In this document: in pieces, positions 11,940-20,378 of the stretch
Position numbering within the stretch: the stretch's first letter is position 1
How the letters are laid out: the number at the start of each line of letters is the position of its first letter
Source: Ginkgo biloba
Lineage: Eukaryota > Plantae > Ginkgophyta
DNA length: 20,378 nucleotides
NCBI GenBank assembly: GCA_024626585.2
Contig: JANKJI020000004.1
Location: 22,702,844-22,723,221, forward strand
Direction of reading: 5' to 3'
Program-made: the position numbers and the translations under genes
Notes under the pieces: model-generated
Told to the model about the DNA's origin: nothing
The model's database searches: none
What the model saw: only the letters and a program-made list of their open reading frames with translations

Positions 11940-12800
11940 NNNNNNNNNNNNNNNNNNNNNNNNNNNNNNNNNNNNNNNNNNNNNNNNNNNNNNNNNNNNN
12001 NNNNNNNNNNNNNNNNNNNNNNNNNNNNNNNNNNNNNNNNNNNNNNNNNNNNNNNNNNNNNNNNNNNNNNNNNNNNNNNNNNNNNNNNNNNNNNNNNNNN
12101 NNNNNNNNNNNNNNNNNNNNNNNNNNNNNNNNNNNNNNNNNNNNNNNNNNNNNNNNNNNNNNNNNNNNNNNNNNNNNNNNNNNNNNNNNNNNNNNNNNNN
12201 NNNNNNNNNNNNNNNNNNNNNNNNNNNNNNNNNNNNNNNNNNNNNNNNNNNNNNNNNNNNNNNNNNNNNNNNNNNNNNNNNNNNNNNNNNNNNNNNNNNN
12301 NNNNNNNNNNNNNNNNNNNNNNNNNNNNNNNNNNNNNNNNNNNNNNNNNNNNNNNNNNNNNNNNNNNNNNNNNNNNNNNNNNNNNNNNNNNNNNNNNNNN
12401 NNNNNNNNNNNNNNNNNNNNNNNNNNNNNNNNNNNNNNNNNNNNNNNNNNNNNNNNNNNNNNNNNNNNNNNNNNNNNNNNNNNNNNNNNNNNNNNNNNNN
12501 NNNNNNNNNNNNNNNNNNNNNNNNNNNNNNNNNNNNNNNNNNNNNNNNNNNNNNNNNNNNNNNNNNNNNNNNNNNNNNNNNNNNNNNNNNNNNNNNNNNN
12601 NNNNNNNNNNNNNNNNNNNNNNNNNNNNNNNNNNNNNNNNNNNNNNNNNNNNNNNNNNNNNNNNNNNNNNNNNNNNNNNNNNNNNNNNNNNNNNNNNNNN
12701 NNNNNNNNNNNNNNNNNNNNNNNNNNNNNNNNNNNNNNNNNNNNNNNNNNNNNNNNNNNNNNNNNNNNNNNNNNNNNNNNNNNNNNNNNNNNGAGATGGA

Positions 12801-13430
12801 AAAAAGATTCCACAATCAAAGTGGTGGATCCATTGGTAAACAGAGTGGGTTCTATAATCGAAGTGGTGGATCCACTGGTAAACAGAGTGGGCTCCACAAT
12901 CAAAGGGGTGGATCCGCTGGTAAGCACAATGGTTCCACCATTAGGTGGGTGGTTTCCCTAGTTGGTGAGTTAAATCGTTGGCTAGGTTTGAAGGTTCAAA
13001 ACATGGAGGTGTTAGTTGGCTAATGGGTATAAAGGTGATTCCCCTAGTGAGCAGAGTTGGTTGGTTAGTTGAAGGGTTCAATAGTGGGAGTTTATTCCCC
13101 TGGTTAGTTAGTTGATTCACGAGCCAAGTTCGAAGGGTCATTTGGTCGACTTGATTAGTTGATTTTTCAGTGAGTAGAGGTTGAGATGTGAGGAACACGA
13201 ATGGAAGGTTAATGCACCATGGCAGATGAAATGGCTAAAAAAATAAACACTAGAGGGAAATTAGAAAAGTATATCCTGAGATTGAGTCACAAGATGAGGC
13301 AAAGGAACAAAAAAACATTAAGAAGCCAAGTGTTGAGGTCAGAGGTTTGAATACAGACTTGCAAGATTCAATGGTGAGAGTTGATGGGAAAGGAGCAACA
13401 AGCAACATTGAAGGACTGATCATATCGTCG
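12801..13430 (+). repeat. Direct repeat copy 2
   Basis: Shared anchors with copy 1, e.g. AATCAAAGTGGTGGATCCA, AGGTTTGAAGGTTCAAAA, ATGGGTATAAAGGTG, GAGGTTGAGATGT, GGAGCAACAA. Confidence 0.9.
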
Positions 13431-13520
13431 AGTGAGGCAGTTTAGGTTTGATGATATGGAATTTTGTCCATATGGAGGTGAAACACTAATGATGTAATTT
13501 ATGTTAATGAAGTAGAGAAT

Positions 13521-13725
13521 TGGTGTGAAAGGACACCTATAGATCGACAGACATGCCAAGGGAGATAGTCAGTGAGAGGGTGTTGCAGTGTCCACCCAGA
13601 GCGACATGTGAAGGCAATGAAGAATTTTTTCGATAGAGGAGAGGCAGATTCATCTAAGTATTTTGGTGTGTAAAGACACCTGTAGATCGACAGATGCGCT
13701 AAGAGAGGTAGTCGGTGAAGGAGGA
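13521..13725 (+). repeat. ~60-bp imperfect duplication at an offset of 143 nt
   Basis: TGGTGTGAAAGGACACCTATAGATCGACAGACATGCCAAGGGAGATAGTCAGTGA (13521) vs TGGTGTGTAAAGACACCTGTAGATCGACAGATGCGCTAAGAGAGGTAGTCGGTGA (13664). Confidence 0.8.
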
Positions 13726-13895
13726 CATTAAGAAGTTTGAATAGTAGACAGTGATGGTGATATAGAATTATGTCAATAGTTGTGAGCACAAGAAANNNNN
13801 NNNNNNNNNNNNNNNNNNNNNNNNNNNNNNNNNNNNNNNNNNNNNNNNNNNNNNNNNNNNNNNNNNNNNNNNNNNNNNNNNNNNNNNNNNNNNNN

Positions 13896-14700
13896 GTCGA
13901 ACGAACTTGAAAATGCCTGAAACTCTGCCGAAAACGTTCCTAACCTTCACTTCCTCCTTCACAAATACTGTCTTAGGGCCCCTCTATGTATATTTGAACG
14001 CAACAAAGCGGGAAAGAAAGACTCTTAACTTAAGTAAAAGATGAGGCCCACCAGCAGGAATTTCACGAGGGCCACGGGGGCGGCGGAAAGATTTCTTTCT
14101 AGTCNNNNNNNNNNNNNNNNNNNNNNNNNNNNNNNNNNNNNNNNNNNNNNGCCGCGCACCAGTGCCAACACGCCACGCGTATTACATCAGGTGGAATTGA
14201 CACGTGTCACATTACTGATCTCAATTATAGATCGTGAGAAGCGGAATTCATAGACACGTGTAATTATTTGACGCGTCGGAAGGATCCGGATATTTCGTGG
14301 ACGGTTCTTGAAGTTTCGGAACATCTGGCGGCCGTGGTTTGGTTCGACTTAACAGTAATCTTAACGCGGTTAAATGACGTGTAACCCAAGTTAAATCATT
14401 TAAAAATATATATATACCGACGTTGCCAGAGCCAACACAGCTTCGGGGAAACATAGCATGCAAGTGGAGGCTGGGTGGCGTGAATCCCTATTCCGGACAC
14501 GTAGAACAATAAATTGGAGTGTAATAATTAAAGCAAGACGAAGCTTCTTGACGAAGGAAGAGTCGGTTTGTCGGCATCCAAGAATTGGGGTTTAAACTGA
14601 TCTTTAACGTAACTGAAGCCACGTCCACTCTCAACACTTCTTGTTGTTAGCTGCCTTATTTGACTGCTTGTATTCTGCGACACCATGCGTGTAACTCAGA
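13896..14700 (-). promoter_or_regulatory. CpG-rich putative Pol II promoter/enhancer with ABA/drought/cold/heat cis-elements; strand tentative
   Basis: G-boxes: TGACACGTGTCA 14198-14209 and CACGTG 14255-14260. ABREs on minus: TACGTGTC 14496-14503 and ACGTGGC 14618-14624; TGACGTG 14375. CGCG boxes at 14152, 14175, 14271 and 14364. DRE/CRT RCCGAC at 14416 (+), 14562 (-) and 14570 (-). Three-unit HSE gTTCttGAAgtTTCg 14304-14318. GGCCCA 14045. TATA-like TATACATA on minus at ~13985-13992. Confidence 0.65.
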
Positions 14701-15142
14701 TATCTGTAAGAAGAAGTCATAAAACACTCCAAGACATGTGAGGCATCTAACCACAATGTATTATGAGAACAAGTGCCTTGAAACATCTTACATGGATTTC
14801 TTTACATTTAATTCTTGGATAATTCCATTTAGATGAAGCATGTTTTTTCTTTTTGAAGCATGAGCATTTTTTTGTTTCGAGTCCGAGAGGAAGATAGTAT
14901 GCCTATCTACCATCCTTGCAACGAATCACCAATTCAATTAAGAAGAGCTTAGAATGGGTGCATCTTTGTCCTAATACAAGAAAGCATAGTCAGGGCAAAA
15001 AAAATAGCAAACAAAACAACTTAAATTATCTGTTCAATTGACCATTGAGAAATAATAAATGTTCAGAGAATGGCAACTTGTATTAAATGTCTAAAAGATC
15101 TTGAAATTTTGCCTCTTTTGATTATGTTTCTAAACAAGGGAC

Positions 15143-15390
15143 CTAGGAACGAGATGGAAACAAAGAACAAAGATTAAAATAGAGAGCAAAGGCTACACAA
15201 GAAGAAGGAACAAAGGGGAGACAAAAGCAAATATAGGAGACAAGAACGAGATAGGAGACAAAAATACACATGATGGGAACACGAACAAGACACAAGATTA
15301 AGAGGTGGGAGACGAGACGAAAGAGAAAAAATGGACCAAGAGATGAGATATGAATAGGCACAGAGACAAGAGACAGGATGGAAACCAAGG
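15143..15390 (+). repeat. Purine-rich low-complexity / degenerate minisatellite (GAGACAAGA-like)
   Basis: Strong A/G skew with recurring GGAGACAA, GAACGAGAT, GGAAC and ACAAGA words. Confidence 0.65.
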
Positions 15391-15623
15391 ATTGTAATAG
15401 TCCTTCCACAATCCTTCCTTCCCATTCATTTGCATTTTTAAAACTCTATAAAATCCCCAATACTATAATTGTGACAATCTACAACATTAAGGACTTATTT
15501 TTTCATTATGGGGAGCTTTGTCCAATCAAATCTAGGTTAAATGAGATAATTAATTGCAATGCGTAAAGTCTAGTAGTTGTTAAAAACGGTCCCTAGCTCT
15601 TGTAATCCTATGTTTGTTAATAT

Positions 15624-15926
15624 GGACGAGACATTGAAAGTGTGAATTTAAGTTTTAGAAACTTTTGACTCATTGTATAGAGTCAATGCCTTGTTGTGAG
15701 TATCGTTCAACAATTCACCAACTAAACAAACACAATTGTGTTCCTAGGTCACTATCTTCCTCAACATTAGGTTCATATAAGAAGAAAAAATTTAGAAAGG
15801 TGTGAATATAATTTGCAAAGGNNNNNNNNNNNNNNNNNNNNNNNNNNNNNNNNNNNNNNNTTTATTAGTGCGGACAACACATTGAAAGTACAAATACAAG
15901 TTGTAGAAGCTTTTGACTCATTGTAT
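15624..15926 (+). repeat. ~55-bp imperfect direct repeat at an offset of 248 nt
   Basis: GGACGAGACATTGAAAGTGTGAATTTAAGTTTTAGAAACTTTTGACTCATTGTAT (15624) vs GGACAACACATTGAAAGTACAAATACAAGTTGTAGAAGCTTTTGACTCATTGTAT (15872). Confidence 0.8.
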
Positions 15927-17639
15927 GATTACCATTAAATAATGGTTATGTCACTCTTCTTTTTGTGTGAATGGATATGCCACTATTTAGATTTTAATTT
16001 ATGGGGTGATTAGAAAACAATATAAACTCAACAAATGCACTTGGATTCCCCTAACATATCATTAAACTACACAAAAAATAAAATGAAAATTCTTCATACA
16101 AACCAAAATACAAAGACTAATGTAAACATAGCTAAAATACATGAACTTTAATAATGTGTTAATAAGTACAATAATATCTTTATTTTAAAATCAAACTTTG
16201 GCTCTCTTCACATATAGATTGGAGTCACTTTGATAAAGCAATGTAAAGCAAGCACATTATATATTACAAATTTGGACTCTCTAATGTAAGCATAAAGGTG
16301 TGGAAACGAGAATCACAAAACACAAATTTAGCCCAAGTTGTGAAGAGCAATTTCATTCACCAACATAAATATTGCCTAAACTTGTTTGTAAAGCCTTAAG
16401 TACTAAAACATGTTATTCCAAAGTGTGCCATGTTTAAAACAACTTAAATTGCATTTTCATTATATTATTAAAAGTTTTCAATTTTCAAATGCTTTAACGA
16501 TGCAAAATTAATGATGTAATCACATGTAATGAAAAATTTATAATAGAGTTGCGTGATTTTAAAGGAAGAGTTAATGCATAGAATATTACATGAATTTAAT
16601 GGTTGTGACCCAACTAAAAAGATTAATAGCATTACAACNNNNNNNNNNNNNNNNNNNNNNNNNNNNNNNNNNNNNNNNNNNNNNNNNNNNNNNNNNNNNN
16701 NNNNNNNNNNNNNNNNNNNNNNNNNNNNNNNNNNNNNNGTGATACTATGGATAGCCAAACCCTAAGGGAAGATCATTCTCTATGGAGAATAATCATTCCA
16801 TAGCCTCTCTAATAATCCAAAGAAGAAAGAACAAATCAAACACATAGAAACACCAATAGAGTAACACTAAAATGTCACCTTCAATGTTATATGTTTAGTG
16901 TGAGACTAAAAAATGATGTAAATATATGGACCAAAATAGGGGTTTCATGATCTTCAACTATGGTGGAAGGTGTCTTATATCATGAGGTCATATCCCATAC
17001 TCTAAAGTATTCTCTCATGCAATGATGAGCCTATGTATCCCCATCACACTAATGAAATGTAAGTAATCGATGATATGCCATAACTCCATCATCATAGGCG
17101 GTGTGTCGGAAGATCATATCTTAAACTATAATTATATGTGCTTAAGAATTAGGGCTCAATGTGTGTTAATCCTAAGATACAACGATATCAAATAATGAGA
17201 TTAGTCTATTTAAGTACCTTGATTAATGCTCCATAGTGTGAAATCCCTACCTATTCTAACCATATGTCATAAGGGTGTGGAGCTAAAGTAGTGGATGCTA
17301 TAATAATAACCATTTGGAGCCATAATATGTAATGCATGTGGGCTAAGTGTATATATGCCTAAGGAATGATGTTATGAATGTTGAAAGGGTCATGTGGTAG
17401 ATATAGATGCATTGAGTGAACATATGGGCCATAATGAGTATTTGCGCATATAGGAGTAAGATGAATGATTAAACTCAGTAAAACTTATAATAATGATGTT
17501 AAACAAATAAATTGTGAAATATATCTAAATATAATAAAAGAGTCATAATGTGAATGAATAAGCCCCCAATATATACAATTTCTGCCAAATTAGGAAAACG
17601 CATCAAAGGGACTAACTTTGTATGATAACAGAATGCTCC

Positions 17640-18530
17640 CTAAAGACCAAGGACTATATGAGTGAAATGAGTAAGGGTTGAAAGTCTTTGGTAAAATTCC
17701 AAACTATTAAGGAACCATCAATTGTTGTTGAATTATACCNNNNNNNNNNNNNNNNNNNNNNNNNNNNNNNNNNNNNNNNNNNNNNNNNNNNNNNNNNNNN
17801 NNNNNNNNNNNNNNNNNNNNNNNNNNNNNNNNNNNNNNNATGGGAAACCTCACTCACTTACATCCAACATGGATATAATAGTTTTTTCTATTCTTCTGTA
17901 TACCATTCACCATATGAGGTGTGTTATGGGTTTCAACCACTTTCTTCTCATGATTTATCATTTTCATTACCACATATAAACACTAATAATGAATAATAGA
18001 AGGATATATCCTTCATTGAGAACATTAAGAAGATGCATAACATGATTTAATAAACTCTCAATAAAACACAATAAAATCAAAGGAACTTTTATGATGTGAG
18101 CAAGAGACCACATGCATTCAAGGCTAGAGATAGTATATGGCTATACCTTGATAAGAAAAGGTTAAAAATAACTTTACACCATACATCAAAACCATTAGGT
18201 ATGGTACTTATGAGATCAAATAAAATGTTATAGATAATGAATTTTGTTTATGTAATTACCATCATAACTTGGGATACATCTAGTTATCAATGTTGATAAT
18301 CTCAATTTATATGAACCATCACAATTTTATGTAACCATTGGCACTCAACTTGAGCATCCACTTGATACCATACCAAATTTCTAACCACCATCTAATGAAG
18401 ATAATATTATTGATGTAAAGAAAATAAAAACTCAACAAATAATAAATAAATATTATTATTTTTTCAAATAAGGAAAATATACTCATTAAGAATTATGGAT
18501 CAGTGAAGTATGATTGAAGATAAAGTTTCC
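17640..18530 (+). mobile_element. Decayed Ty3/gypsy integrase (core end, GPY/F region, C-terminal tail)
   Basis: From 17841: WETSLTYIQHGYNSFFYSSVYHSPYEVCYGFQPLSSHDL (cf. WDESLPYIQHSYNRA.HSST..SPFEVCYG.QP..P.DL). Then FIENIKKMH...RPHAFKARDSIWLYLDKKRLK...(frameshift)RYGTYEI...LGIHLVINVDNLNLYEP. ELYP-like sequence before the gap resembles GLY.PLP. Many stops and frameshifts. Confidence 0.85.
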
Positions 18531-18569
18531 TTTAAGTGCAACTTGTGAGTAAGTTATTTTTAGTACAAT

Positions 18570-18762
18570 TAAAGGTAACTTAACCTTGCTACTTAGAAAG
18601 GAATCCTAAGTTACCTTTACTTTTAGTGAAGGTAACTTTAAATTGCCTTCACCTCGATTTGAAGATAATTTTTATACAAAGTTACCTTCATAAATGTTTG
18701 AAGGTAAGTATAAGCTTAATGGTACCGTAATAAACTTTTCAAGGTAATTTAAAAATGCCCCT
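18570..18762. repeat. Array of alternating inverted copies of TGAAGGTAACTT (hairpin array)
   Basis: Perfect 13-bp inverted repeat 18570-18582/18607-18619; near-perfect pairs 18626-18638/18640-18652 and 18660-18672/18678-18690; degenerate copies at 18699, 18741 and 18752. Confidence 0.85.
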
Positions 18763-19076
18763 AAGTACATTTACAAATATATTTTCCATTACACTGAACA
18801 GAAAAAACTAATCATTATAACACAAGTTCTTTTTACATTTTCATAACATACAATAATTAGATAAAATGGAATAAATGATGGATAAAAATTTCTTATCATT
18901 TTCCCTTTCTTAACTTCACTAGTCCTCTAGTACACTAGATTATTGCTCCTAAGTTTTATCCCTAATTAATTTTCTTNNNNNNNNNNNNNNNNNNNNNNNN
19001 NNNNNNNNNNNNNNNNNNNNNNNNNNNNNNNNNNNNNNNNNNNNNNNNNNNNNNNNNNNNNNNNNNNNNNNNNNNN

Positions 19077-20378
19077 AGAACTACCTTTTTACAAAAAAGA
19101 AGAAGAAGTATTATGTTGATAAGGAAATGCTTATTAAGAAATAGTCTAGCCAACCAAGATTCTACATGCTAAAGAAATTATTCCTTGGATAGAAGCTAAA
19201 GAAGGATTATGAGATAAGCAAATTTTATATCTCTAATGTTTATGGAGATATTTTAAATGAATTTCAAGAAAGAAGGGGTAGAAAAGAAGAGCGAGTCCCC
19301 ATATATATTAGATAAAGTCTGNNNNNNNNNNATAAGCTTATTGATATTTTTGAGAGAGAGAACTACACAGTAGTACATATTTTTGCTTGTGTGAGACCTT
19401 TTAAGAAATTACCAAAATTCTTGATGGCCAATGATGTATATAAAGAAGTCATAAATGAACTATGTATATATGATCTAAAATTTTAGGAGAAAAGTCCAAG
19501 AGACATGAAGAAAATAAGAATAAATATCTATGGGATGAGGATACAAAGAACTATATGCCAAAAGTATGTTAAGCACTACTATGATTTAAAATATGGAAGT
19601 TGGGAATTCTTCAAAATAGGAAATATATATGACCAATGAAGGATCATGTATTTACTCTATAGAACTTTTAATCTGTTAGATTCATATAAAGCCTATGATT
19701 TAGTAGAAGAACATGAAGCTTTTGTACCTTTAGAGAAGACATAAGAGGGTCAAAATAATATATTGATAGTTGAATAAAATAAAACTCTCACTTTAAAAGT
19801 TGTAAGTGATTTTAGGGAAGAAGATGAAGCATATATTCTAGAGGTTTTAATGGGAACCATTAGTGAAGTGAAGCATTATGATAATGATGATGAATTCACT
19901 GAGACAACTTTTGATACAGAGAAGCAGGATATTGGTAGTTCTAAGGAAGCTATGAGGAAAGCGAAGTTGAAAGCCTCGAAGAAAAAGAATCATCAAGTTT
20001 GAAAATTGTACAGAATAAGGAAGATAATTCTTTGAAAATAAAGATACCATAGGTCCAAGAGGAGGACCAGAATAAGGCTAAACAATGCTAGAAATCTCCA
20101 GAAGTTTCATTGGGAGATTATTTGAAAACAAAAGGGGATACTTCAACTCTGCAAAAGAAGACACCTCCAAAGTCACAAAGTAATGTTTCCAAAGGGAAAA
20201 CTACAATTGTGAAAAGAATGAGAGGAAGCAGTGTTCCTGATATTGGTGGGGAGGGAGGAGATGAGAAACCTCTTGAAAAAAGGCAAAGGATTGAAAATCC
20301 TTATTTATTGGAAACAATGAATATTAAAGATGAAACAAATACTTAGTAAGGTGAGAAAGAACCTCAAAAGATTGTTTA
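19077..20378 (+). pseudogene. Decayed coding-like sequence, probably an accessory ORF of an LTR retrotransposon
   Basis: Purine-rich, codon-like plus strand broken by many stops. The segment 19352-19482 reads ERENYTVVHIFACVRPFKKLPKFLMANDVYKEVINELCIYDLKF and is followed by K/E-rich low-complexity frames. The family assignment rests on pattern recollection only. Confidence 0.35.

Noticed and set aside
4756-13023. Long ORFs of 200-376 aa in the ORF track (4756-5883, 7738-8404, 11841-13023)
   Set aside because: They consist almost entirely of X from N-runs and are artefacts of assembly gaps.
14441-14520. U6 snRNA-like start (CTTCGGGGA) about 25 nt after a TATA run
   Set aside because: Similarity stops after ~9 nt; no ACAGAGA box and no upstream USE (TCCCACATCG).
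15143-15425. Hydrophobic Leu/Ser/Cys/Phe-rich ORFs on the minus strand
   Set aside because: Composition is explained by the pyrimidine-rich strand of a low-complexity repeat.

Overview
AT-rich, CpG-depleted eukaryotic DNA from a gapped draft assembly. It is most likely a large-genome land plant, gymnosperm-like by inference from the plant-type tRNA, the retroelement types and the methylation-style decay. No intact protein-coding gene is visible; every long ORF in the track is an artefact of N-runs. Supported content: (1) an intact nuclear tRNA-Thr(UGU) gene on the minus strand (4620-4691); (2) two decayed Ty3/gypsy integrase remnants, one at ~6857-7470 on minus with chromodomain, PPT and probable 3' LTR, the other at ~17640-18530 on plus; (3) a repeat block at 10.6-13.8 kb with a ~630 bp direct duplication, 42-bp subrepeats and a short palindromic-motif array; (4) a CpG-retaining island (13896-14700) dense in ABRE/G-box, CGCG, DRE/CRT and HSE motifs that appears to point into a 100-N gap; (5) an array of inverted-repeat motifs at 18.57-18.76 kb. 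I see no convincing new biological system. The best leads are the orphan stress-type promoter and the two motif arrays.
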